Source: Actinomycetota bacterium (GTDB lineage Bacteria; Actinomycetota; Acidimicrobiia; Acidimicrobiales; AC-9). Taken from it: a DNA stretch of 64,000 bases. Where the stretch lies: positions 894 through 64,893 of the forward strand of contig VAWP01000051.1 in the NCBI GenBank assembly GCA_005888295.1, in the 5' to 3' direction. The notes beneath the pieces are model-generated. The model was given only the letters and a program-made list of their open reading frames with translations, had not been told where the DNA came from and ran no database searches. Every line of letters starts with the position of its first letter. Within the stretch, counting starts at the first letter, position 1. A program made the translations under genes and the position numbers. Positions 17,790 to 25,987 of the stretch are shown piece by piece.

Positions 17790-18947
17790 TCACACCCGGC
17801 GCAGCACGAGCGTTGACGCCTGGGGACCCGTGTAGCCGCCGTAAACGCCCACCCGGGCGTCCGGCACCTGGGCGGCCGCCTCACCGCGCAGCTGGCGGAC
17901 GACCTCCACGACGTGGGCGATGCCGAGCACGTAGGCGTGGGACAGCAGGCCACCGTGGGTGTTGTAGGGCAGGACGCCGCCGTCATGGTCGAGGGCCCCG
18001 CCCTCGACGAAGTCGCCGCCCTCGCCCTTGACGCAGAAGCCCATGTCCTCGATCTGCATGATTGCGTGGATGGTAAAGGGGTCGTACAGCGTCAGCACGT
18101 CCACGTCTGCGGGTTCCACCCCGGCCATGGCGAACGCGCCCGGCGCCGCGAACACCTGCGGCGTCGACGTGAAGGCCCGCTGCTCGGCCCAGTGGACCCC
18201 GGTGGCGGAGTTGCCGAGCCCGATTCCCGCCACCTCGACGACCGGCTGGCGAAGGTCCTGGGCCCGATCGGACGCCGACATGATGTAGGCGGCGCCGCCG
18301 TCGGAGATGAGGCAGCAGTCCTCCTTGCGGAAGGGGTCCACGATCACCGGCGAGTGCATGTAGGCGTCGAGGGTGAGCGCACGTCCGTGCATGACCGCGC
18401 CCGGAGTGAGGTTGGCGTGGCGGCGGCAGGCCACGGCGACGGCGCCCAGCTGCTCCTGGGTCGTACCGAACTCGTACATGTGCCGTTTGGCGATGGTGGC
18501 GAAGTAGACCGGCTGGGGAAACCAGCCGAACGGCACTTCCAGGCTCTGCTTGAACAGCTCCTGGGCGTGGGACTCACCCGGGCCGCCGACCATCTCCGAG
18601 CGGCGGGTCGCCCAGGCCACGGCGAAGGTGTTGAGCACGTGGCGGGCCCGTCCGTCGCGGATGGCGAGAGCTGCCTCGTGCGCGGCGGTCGCCGCCCACA
18701 CCATGCCGCCGCCCCGCTTCGAGACCCACATGTCGTGCGAGGTGCCGAAGTGGCGGTGGAAGGCGGCCTCGTCGAACTGGTCGCCGGCGAACGGCGCGTA
18801 CATGATTCCGTCGATGTCCGACGGCGCCAGGCCGGCGTCCTCGAGCGCCCGCTCGACCGCCTGGGCCGCGATCTCCCCGGAGGTGCGGCCCGACGCCCGG
18901 CTGTGGTCCGACTCGCCCACGCCGACGACGGCGACCTCGCCGCTCAC
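17790..18947 (-). CDS. thiolase-like (SCP-x/Ltp-type) protein
   Basis: ~385 aa with an N-terminal VAVVGVGESD and a thiolase-fold length. It pairs with the DUF35 gene downstream. GTG start at 18947; the track ORF extends spuriously to 19334. Confidence 0.75.
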   Translation of the reverse strand: MSGEVAVVGVGESDHSRASGRTSGEIAAQAVERALEDAGLAPSDIDGIMYAPFAGDQFDEAAFHRHFGTSHDMWVSKRGGGMVWAATAAHEAALAIRDGRARHVLNTFAVAWATRRSEMVGGPGESHAQELFKQSLEVPFGWFPQPVYFATIAKRHMYEFGTTQEQLGAVAVACRRHANLTPGAVMHGRALTLDAYMHSPVIVDPFRKEDCCLISDGGAAYIMSASDRAQDLRQPVVEVAGIGLGNSATGVHWAEQRAFTSTPQVFAAPGAFAMAGVEPADVDVLTLYDPFTIHAIMQIEDMGFCVKGEGGDFVEGGALDHDGGVLPYNTHGGLLSHAYVLGIAHVVEVVRQLRGEAAAQVPDARVGVYGGYTGPQASTLVLRRV

Positions 18948-18997
18948 GTTCTCGCAGGCGCTGGCGACTCCCCAGTCCCGCCCGGCGGTGGACACCG

Positions 18998-21358
18998 TCA
19001 CAGCCCCACGGGACGGTCGCCGATGATCCCCTCCGCCCGCAGCGCCTCGATCTCGTCCTCGCCCATGCCCGCGGCGTGGCGCAGCACCTCGTCGTTGTGC
19101 TGGCCGAGCGTGGGCGGTGGCGACCGCAACCACCCGGCGTCGTGTTCGCTCAGACGAAACGGCAGTCCCGGCAGATCGTGGGTGCCCACCACCGGGTGAG
19201 CGATGCTCTCGAAGAAGCCTCGGGCCTGCAGCTGCGGATTGCTGTCGATGTCGCGCGGCGCGACCACCGGCGCCGCCGGTACCCCGTGCTCGGCGAGGAG
19301 CTCGACGAGCTCGTCCCGGTCGTGGCCCGAGCACGACCGCGCCAGGTGCTCGTCCAGCCGGTCGTGGGCGCCGCGTCGGCCGGCAGCTCCGGCCAGAGCA
19401 GGGTCGGCGGCCCAGTCGGGATCACCCAGCGCCCGGCGCAGCCCTGCCCACTGTTGGTCGGTGGCCACGGCCAGAGCGAGCCACCGCTCGTCGCCCTGAC
19501 AGGCGTACACGCCCTGGGGGGCCGCGACCGGCCCGCGGTTGCCGTCCCGGTGCAGCAGCGTCCCGTAGGCGGACCGCTCGATCACCTGCTCGGCGGCGGC
19601 GTTGAGCGCCGCCTCGACCATGGTCATCTCGACCATGGCGCCCTTGCCCGTGCGCTCGCGCTCGTCGAGTGCGACCAGCAGGGCGACGACGGCGTGCATC
19701 CCCGCCATGGGGTCGCAGGCCCCTCGCGGTATGAGGGGTGGGCCGTCGGCGAGCCCGGTGATCCAGGCCATGCCGCTGACCTGCTCCATGGTCTGGGCGA
19801 AGCCGGTGCGGTCCCGCCACGGGCCGCTCAGCCCGAAGCCGGGCATCCGCACCATGATCGCTCGCGGGTTTGCCGCCGCTACTGTCTCCCAGTCCAGACC
19901 GAAGCCCTCCATGACCCGGGGCGTGAAGTTCTCCACCACGGCGTCGGCCCAGGCGACCAACCGCTTGGCGACAGCCAGGCCCTCGGGACGGGTCATGTCG
20001 AGGGTCACGCCGCGCTTGCCGGCGTTCGCCCCGTTGAACACCGGGCCCCACTCCCACCAGCCGTCCACCGAGGGGCGTGCCGTGGTGGTGAAGCGCATGC
20101 CGTCGGGTCGTTGGATCGACTCCACCTTGATCACATCGGCGCCGAGAGCCGCCAGCATGTGGGTGGCCGCCGGGCCCGCCCAGAAGGCGGTGAAGTCGAG
20201 CACCTTCACGCCCTCCAACGGCAACGGGTCGTGGCTGCCGTCAGGCTGTGCCCCCGCCCGTCGACCGTCCCATTGCACCTGCCCGGTGTGCTCGCCCAGG
20301 GTGGGTGCCGGCCGGAACGCTGGCCGTGGTCGGTCACCGACGCGGTAGGGGATCCTCGGCTGCACGAAATCCCCGTCGGGGTGGCTCACGAACGTCCCCC
20401 GCTCCCGGAAGTGCTCGAAGCCGGTGACCGTCTCGCCGGTGCCGATCGGCGCCACCGGGATGCGCAGCAGGGTGGCGAGCTCGATGATCTCGTCGGTGGT
20501 GTGCCGCCGGGTCCACGGGTGCACCGCGTCCACGAACTCGCGCATCCGTCGCGTCCGCCCGGGTGCAGACGCCAGGTCCTGGTCGTCCAGGAGGTCGGGA
20601 CGCTCGATGAGGACGAGGAAGTCACGGAACTGCTGACCGGTGATCGTGCAGAACCCGACGTAGCCGTCCGCCGTGGGCTCGATGGACGGGAGCTCAACGG
20701 TCCGGGCCGGGCCACTCGACTGCTTCCAGCCGGTGAAGCTGGCGAACAACGGCGCGTAGGTGTTCATGGACAGGCACATGCATTCGAGCAGGGACAGGTC
20801 GACGTGCTCGCCCCGCCCGCGCCGGCGGCTGCGGGCCACACCGGCCAGGGCGGCGACGCCGGCGTAGGCACCGCCCACCCACTCGCCCAGTCGTCCGCCG
20901 GCGTGGAGCGGCGGGCCGTCCGGCACGCCCCTGGCCCCGGTCGAGCCGCACCACGCCTGGAGGGTGAACTCGGTCGCGGCCCGGTCCGACCACGGTCCCC
21001 GACGGCCGAAGGGGGAGATCGACAGCACGGTCAGGCTGAGGTTCGCACGCTGCAGCGCGTCGACGTCGACGACGCCCGCCGCCGCGCTCTCGACGACGAG
21101 GTCCGCGGCGGCGACCAGCTCGTCCACTGCGCCGTCACCCAGCTCGCCCACCACCGAGCGCTTGGAGGTGTTGAGAAAGCGGAACAGGGCCCCGTCGTCG
21201 TCGCCGAGCTTGGCCCCCGACGCCGTCCACGACCGCAAGGGGTCACCGTGGCGGGGCTCGACCTTGACCACGTCGGCGCCGGCGTCGGCGAGCAGCTTGG
21301 TGCAGTAGGGACCCGCGATCTCGGTGGACAGGTCGACGACCCGCAGGCCTCGGGTCAA
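18998..21358 (-). CDS. tandem-fused family III (CaiB/BaiF) CoA-transferase, two complete modules
   Basis: There are two N-terminal signatures, GLRVVDLSTEIAGPYCTKLLADAGADVVKVE and GVKVLDFTAFWAGPAATHMLAALGADVIKVE, about 400 aa apart. Start proposed at the TTG at 21358, 5 nt after the upstream TAG. The track ORF N-terminus (21359-22147) is an alternate frame of the amidohydrolase gene. Confidence 0.75.
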   Translation of the reverse strand: MTRGLRVVDLSTEIAGPYCTKLLADAGADVVKVEPRHGDPLRSWTASGAKLGDDDGALFRFLNTSKRSVVGELGDGAVDELVAAADLVVESAAAGVVDVDALQRANLSLTVLSISPFGRRGPWSDRAATEFTLQAWCGSTGARGVPDGPPLHAGGRLGEWVGGAYAGVAALAGVARSRRRGRGEHVDLSLLECMCLSMNTYAPLFASFTGWKQSSGPARTVELPSIEPTADGYVGFCTITGQQFRDFLVLIERPDLLDDQDLASAPGRTRRMREFVDAVHPWTRRHTTDEIIELATLLRIPVAPIGTGETVTGFEHFRERGTFVSHPDGDFVQPRIPYRVGDRPRPAFRPAPTLGEHTGQVQWDGRRAGAQPDGSHDPLPLEGVKVLDFTAFWAGPAATHMLAALGADVIKVESIQRPDGMRFTTTARPSVDGWWEWGPVFNGANAGKRGVTLDMTRPEGLAVAKRLVAWADAVVENFTPRVMEGFGLDWETVAAANPRAIMVRMPGFGLSGPWRDRTGFAQTMEQVSGMAWITGLADGPPLIPRGACDPMAGMHAVVALLVALDERERTGKGAMVEMTMVEAALNAAAEQVIERSAYGTLLHRDGNRGPVAAPQGVYACQGDERWLALAVATDQQWAGLRRALGDPDWAADPALAGAAGRRGAHDRLDEHLARSCSGHDRDELVELLAEHGVPAAPVVAPRDIDSNPQLQARGFFESIAHPVVGTHDLPGLPFRLSEHDAGWLRSPPPTLGQHNDEVLRHAAGMGEDEIEALRAEGIIGDRPVGL

Positions 21359-21363
21359 GGCAG

Positions 21364-22431
21364 CTACGCGAGGCCGTAGAACCGCTGAGCGTTGGTGCCC
21401 GCGATCTTGGCCCGGTCCTCGTCGCCGATGTCGTCGCGGCTGCGGAGGTGCTTGGTGCTCTCGGGCCAGTCGCCGTCCCAGTGGGGGTAGTCGCTGGCGA
21501 ACATCACGAAGTCGGCACCGAGCACGTCGATGACACCCGGCAGGATGGGCTCGTCCGGTTCGCAGGTGACGTAGACGTTGCCCGCCCGCACGTACTCGTA
21601 GGGGTCGCGCTTCCAGCCGCCGGGGATCCAGTCGCCCCGCTTCTCGTAGTGCTCGTGCATGCGGTCCAGGAAGTAGGGCACCCAGCCCACGCCCGCTTCG
21701 AGGAAGGCGACCCGCAGGCCCGGGTGGCGGTCGAACACCCCGCCGCTCACCAGTGCGGTCATGGCCGTCATCTGGTCGAACGGAAAGCTGACGCAGTGGA
21801 CCTGGATGTAGTTGTCGAACCGGTCGACGCCGATCTTGGGCAGGTGGATCCCCGGCGCCCCGTGCACGGCGAGGGGCATGTCGAGATCCTCGGCCGCGGC
21901 GTAGAACGGATCGAGATCGGGATGGTCGAGGTTCCGCTGCTCGAGCGCGGGCGGGATCATGGTGGCGACGAGGCCCTGTTCCTTGGCGGCGCCCATCACG
22001 TCGATCGCGGTGTCCGGCCACTCGATGGGAGCGACGGCGACGCCGTGCAGGCGCGCGTCGCCCTCGGCGCACCATCCTGCCAGCCACTCGTTGTAGAAGC
22101 GGGCGAAGCCGGCGGCGAAGTCCGGGTCCTCGAGGCTCGGCGCGCACAGCCCCATGCTGGGGAAGAGGACCATGGTGTCGATGCCGTCACGGTCGGCGTC
22201 CGCCAGCACACCCTCGATCGTGGTGGGGTTGATGCCGGGGGCCCGGCTCAGCCCGTGCTCCGGTGGGCATCCAGCGCCGGGTCCCTCGGGCTCGGGATAG
22301 TTGCGCCCCTCGATGACGAGCGCCGGCTTGCCGTCGGTGCGCAGGGAGACGCGCTCGGGCCACCGCTCGAGAACCCCCCGTCCCAGCGAGGTTCCCTCCG
22401 CCACGTGGGCGTCGGCGTCGACGAAGATCAT
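21364..22431 (-). CDS. amidohydrolase-2 family metal-dependent hydrolase/decarboxylase
   Basis: MIFVDADAHV N-terminus, a TIM-barrel length of 355 aa, and the C-terminal FASDYPHWDG motif typical of the ACMSD-like amidohydrolase family. Confidence 0.8.
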   Translation of the reverse strand: MIFVDADAHVAEGTSLGRGVLERWPERVSLRTDGKPALVIEGRNYPEPEGPGAGCPPEHGLSRAPGINPTTIEGVLADADRDGIDTMVLFPSMGLCAPSLEDPDFAAGFARFYNEWLAGWCAEGDARLHGVAVAPIEWPDTAIDVMGAAKEQGLVATMIPPALEQRNLDHPDLDPFYAAAEDLDMPLAVHGAPGIHLPKIGVDRFDNYIQVHCVSFPFDQMTAMTALVSGGVFDRHPGLRVAFLEAGVGWVPYFLDRMHEHYEKRGDWIPGGWKRDPYEYVRAGNVYVTCEPDEPILPGVIDVLGADFVMFASDYPHWDGDWPESTKHLRSRDDIGDEDRAKIAGTNAQRFYGLA

Positions 22432-22464
22432 CTCCTGCTCCCGTCGTGCGGCGTCAAACGACAG

Positions 22465-23118
22465 TCAATCACGCGGCGCCGGGTCGGGCGCCACCTCGCC
22501 GGTGCCCTCTCCACCCGCTTCCTCGTCGGGTGGGAGGCAGATCCGGCACGGGGTGCGGCCCTTGGCGCCCGCTCGCACGGAGCGAAGATCGTCGGCCGAG
22601 CGGTCGGCGACCACCAGGCAGTCGGGGCGGTGATAGAGGGACCCGGTGAGGGTCGCGACGAACTCCGGCCGCGTCGAGCTCAACGGCGGCCGGGCGGGAG
22701 CGGTGGCTGCGTCCCTCGTCGGAGGCGTCGAGCCGTTGGCGAGGTGTCCCTCGATCCGCTCGAGCGCCTCGAGCAGCTGGTTGGTCTGCTGACGTTCGTC
22801 GGACACCAGGCGCGCCAGCCAGTAGCCGAAGTAGCAGAAGCTCCCTGCGATGACCAGCACCAGCCCGAAGCCGAACCAGCCCAGGATCACGAGGATGGCG
22901 CCGAGCGGCACCATGACGCTCCCGGCCACGAGGAGCCAGCGCTCGGTGGCGACCAGCTTGGTTCGCCGGCGCAGCCTGGCCAGGCTGTCGGCCAGGCGGG
23001 CCTGCTCCCCGGCGGCTCGAGCCGCCGGGTCGACCGACGCCTCGAGATCGGGTGCGTCGGGGCCGGCGGTGCCGTGCCCGCCGTTGCGGACCGAGGGTGA
23101 GGAGGTCGTGGTGGCCAT
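22465..23118 (-). CDS. hypothetical membrane protein with a C-terminal Cys motif
   Basis: Two adjacent TM segments (LLVAGSVMVPLGAILVILGWFGFGLVLVIAGSFCYFGYWL) and a C-terminal YHRPDC-x22-PCRIC zinc-ribbon-like motif. Confidence 0.5.
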   Translation of the reverse strand: MATTTSSPSVRNGGHGTAGPDAPDLEASVDPAARAAGEQARLADSLARLRRRTKLVATERWLLVAGSVMVPLGAILVILGWFGFGLVLVIAGSFCYFGYWLARLVSDERQQTNQLLEALERIEGHLANGSTPPTRDAATAPARPPLSSTRPEFVATLTGSLYHRPDCLVVADRSADDLRSVRAGAKGRTPCRICLPPDEEAGGEGTGEVAPDPAPRD

Positions 23119-23130
23119 GGCTGGCTCCTG

Positions 23131-24519
23131 CTAGCTGTCGAGGGGGCAGGTGGTCGCGGTCCGCCGGGTGAGGAGGTCGTCGGACAGCCGCTTGGCGCCC
23201 AGCCCGCCCAGCGCGGCGCCGGCCAGGGTCAGCACGATCCACGCGCTGCCGATGCCGCCGAAGAACGCCACCGGGGAGGTCCCCACGGACCCGGCCGGCT
23301 GGGCCTGGCCCGCAGTGCCGGCGGGCGCGGCGGCGCCCGACGCGGGTCCGGCGCCGGCGAGCGGGCTGGCGCCGCTCAGGTCGGGCGAGCCCGCGCTGCC
23401 CGCGTCACTCCCTGCCGGCGCCGCCGCTGCTCCCGCACCGGTGTCAGCGCCCCCGCTGCCGGTGTCGGTCGTGGCGCCGCTGTCGAAGCTCGGGGTGGCG
23501 TTGACGGCCACGCGGGCGCCGCCGAGGGTCACCGTGAAGACGTTCTGGCTGGGATTGTTGGGCGGGGTCCAGATGAAGACGAGCGATCCCGCCGTGTAGC
23601 TGGCTGTCGCCCCGCTGGTCTGGCTCTGGGGCGCGGCCACGTAGGTCTTCATACCGAAGCCGGCGAGCGCCTGGTTGAGGGCCTGGTCCGCCGCCGCGTT
23701 CACGGGCTGGCCGGCCGAACCGGCGTGCACACCGGTCTGGTCGAAGTAGGCCCGCTGGCCGCCGATCGTCATGTCGGCCACCGTCGTGCCGCCACCCGTC
23801 GTCGCTTTGGCGCCGTCGCTGGTTGCCTGGGCCGTGCTGATCACCGAGGCGATCTTCACCGCTCCGCCGGCCAGGGCGATGTTGTCGACGGTGCTGTTGG
23901 CGACCGCCTTGGCCTCGTTGTCGGTCAGCGTGCTGGCGCTGTCGGAGCGCATGGTGCCGTAGGTGGCGCCGCCCGGCTGTTCTGCCCCTTTCAACTGGGC
24001 CACGCCCTCGACACGGTTGGCGTCTGCGTGGGCGGTGAGGTCGGCGGCCGGTATCTGGTTGTAGGAAGCGTCGGGGCTCTGGCCGGTGCGGGCCTCGGCC
24101 CGGATCGGGTAGTTGACGAGCGCGGCCTCGCCCTTCACCAGCCCGGTCACGGCGTCGGGCACCGGGACCACCTGGCCGAGGGGCCCGGGGAAGAGCAGCC
24201 CGACGAGCTGGCCCCCGTTGGCGCCGTACGAGCCCGGCCAGGCCACCGTCGACAAGGCGTACCCCACCGGCCCCGACGACAGGACCGACGAGGTCTCGGG
24301 CGCCGCGCCCTGACCCTCCGGGTGGGCCTGGGCGCTGGGCTCGTCCTCGGCGCCCTCGACACCTGGGGCCGTGGCCGTGATCGAGTACCCGCCGAACTTG
24401 GACGTCCCGGACTGGTCGGCGTGGGCGGTGAGCGTGGTCGCCAGTCCCACGCCGCCGGTGACGAACAGCGCCACGCCGGCCCCGAGCATCAACCGCGTCC
24501 GCCGTCTCTTCGAGCTCAT
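23131..24519 (-). CDS. exported, C-terminally membrane-anchored hypothetical protein
   Basis: Signal peptide MSSKRRRTRLMLGAGVALFVTGGVGLATTLTAHA, a long Ala/Gly/Ser/Thr-rich body and a C-terminal TM segment (WIVLTLAGAALGGLG). The ATG overlaps the livF-like stop (ATGA). Confidence 0.6.
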   Translation of the reverse strand: MSSKRRRTRLMLGAGVALFVTGGVGLATTLTAHADQSGTSKFGGYSITATAPGVEGAEDEPSAQAHPEGQGAAPETSSVLSSGPVGYALSTVAWPGSYGANGGQLVGLLFPGPLGQVVPVPDAVTGLVKGEAALVNYPIRAEARTGQSPDASYNQIPAADLTAHADANRVEGVAQLKGAEQPGGATYGTMRSDSASTLTDNEAKAVANSTVDNIALAGGAVKIASVISTAQATSDGAKATTGGGTTVADMTIGGQRAYFDQTGVHAGSAGQPVNAAADQALNQALAGFGMKTYVAAPQSQTSGATASYTAGSLVFIWTPPNNPSQNVFTVTLGGARVAVNATPSFDSGATTDTGSGGADTGAGAAAAPAGSDAGSAGSPDLSGASPLAGAGPASGAAAPAGTAGQAQPAGSVGTSPVAFFGGIGSAWIVLTLAGAALGGLGAKRLSDDLLTRRTATTCPLDS

Positions 24520-25226
24520 GCCACCTCCCCGAAGTAGGCGCCGGAGACGGCGTCGGCCACGTCGGCCGGCTCCCCGACGCACTCGATTCGGCCCTGGGCC
24601 ATCACCGCGGCGAAGTCGGCCACGGCCATGGCGGTGCGGGCGAACTGCTCCACCAGCAGGATGGCGATCCCCTCGGCAGCCAGCTGGCCGACCAGGTCGT
24701 ACAGCTCGGCCACGATGCGCGGAGCCAGGCCCATCGAGATCTCGTCCAGCAGCAGGAGGGCCGGCTCGGTCGTCACGGCCCGCGCCATGGCCAGCATCTG
24801 CTGCTCGCCCCCCGAGAGCGTGCCCGCCAGTTGGCTGCGACGCTCGCCGAGCCGCGGGAAGCGGGCGAAGGCGCGCTCCTCGACGTCCTTGGGCCGCAGG
24901 TTGTTGCGGTACGTCATCATGCGGAGGTTCTCGGTCACGGTGAGATTGGCGAACACGCCGCGGCCCTCGGGGACGGTGCACACGCCGTGACGAGCGAGGG
25001 CCTCGGGCGATGCGCCGTTGACGTGCACGCCGGCGATGTGCACGCAGCCGCTGGTCGGCTCCATCTGGCAGCCGGCCACCTTGAGCAGCGTCGACTTTCC
25101 CGCCCCGTTGGGGCCGAGGAGGGCGAACACCGAGGAGCGCGGGACGACCACGTCCACCCCGTGCACGACCTCGATGCGGCCGTAGGCGGCCCGGACGTCG
25201 CGCAGCTCGAGGGCGGGCGCCGTCAC
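24516..25226 (-). CDS. livF: branched-chain amino acid ABC transporter ATP-binding protein (LivF-like)
   Basis: Walker A GPNGAGKST, signature LSGGEQQML and Walker B LLLLDE. 236 aa. Confidence 0.85.
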   Translation of the reverse strand: MTAPALELRDVRAAYGRIEVVHGVDVVVPRSSVFALLGPNGAGKSTLLKVAGCQMEPTSGCVHIAGVHVNGASPEALARHGVCTVPEGRGVFANLTVTENLRMMTYRNNLRPKDVEERAFARFPRLGERRSQLAGTLSGGEQQMLAMARAVTTEPALLLLDEISMGLAPRIVAELYDLVGQLAAEGIAILLVEQFARTAMAVADFAAVMAQGRIECVGEPADVADAVSGAYFGEVA

Positions 25227-25987
25227 CTGACCCCCGCCTCCTCGAGGTCCTCGTCGGCGTCGCCTTCCTCCGCGCCCAGGTAGGCGGCCTGCACGGCCGG
25301 GTCGGCCTGGACCTCTGCCGGCGTGCCCTCGGCGATGAGCCGCCCGAAGTCGAGCACGTTCACGCGGTCACACACCCGCATGACGAGCTCGACGTCGTGC
25401 TCGACCAGCAGCACGGCCATCCCTTCGGCTGCCAGGTCGAGCAGCAGGTCGCCGAGCACGGTCGTCTCCTGCTGGTCGAGGCCCGAGCCCGGCTCGTCGA
25501 GCAGGAGCAGCGACGGGCGGGTGGCGAGGGCGCGCGCCAGCTCGACCAGACGGGCCGTGCCGGTCGGTACGGCGTCGACACGCGACTCGGCCACGTCGCG
25601 AAGGCCGATGCGGTCGAGGAGCTCCTCGGCCACCGCGGCGGGACGCGAGCGGTCCCGCGCCCAGGCCTTGCGGATCTCGGCCGCCACCCGGATGTTGTCC
25701 CGCACGCTGAGGGTCCCGAAGACCTCCAGCCTCTGGAAGGTGCGGGCCATGCCCTTGCGCGCCCGGGTGTGCGCCTTCACCCGCGTGATGTCCTTGCCGT
25801 CGAGCAGCACTCTGCCCTCGGTCGGCGGCTGGAGGCCACCGAAGACGTTGAAGATGGTGGTCTTGCCCGCGCCGTTCGGTCCGATCAACCCGGTGATGGC
25901 CCCCCGCTCGACCGACAGGCTCACCCGGTCGACGGCGACGACCCCGCCGAACCGGACGCTGACCGTCTCAGCCTGCAACGCCGGCAA
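25223..25987 (-). CDS. livG: branched-chain amino acid ABC transporter ATP-binding protein (LivG-like)
   Basis: Walker A GPNGAGKTT and Walker B LLLLDEPGSGL. Start proposed at the TTG at 25987, preceded by GGAGGAGGAG. The longer track ORF (to 26095) overlaps the permease 3' end. Confidence 0.8.
   Translation of the reverse strand: MPALQAETVSVRFGGVVAVDRVSLSVERGAITGLIGPNGAGKTTIFNVFGGLQPPTEGRVLLDGKDITRVKAHTRARKGMARTFQRLEVFGTLSVRDNIRVAAEIRKAWARDRSRPAAVAEELLDRIGLRDVAESRVDAVPTGTARLVELARALATRPSLLLLDEPGSGLDQQETTVLGDLLLDLAAEGMAVLLVEHDVELVMRVCDRVNVLDFGRLIAEGTPAEVQADPAVQAAYLGAEEGDADEDLEEAGVR

Noticed and set aside
21359-22147. N-terminal 263 codons of the 1049-aa track ORF 18998..22147
   Set aside because: This part overlaps the amidohydrolase gene in another frame and is Arg-rich nonsense. 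CoA-transferase homology starts only at about 21358, so the CDS was trimmed.
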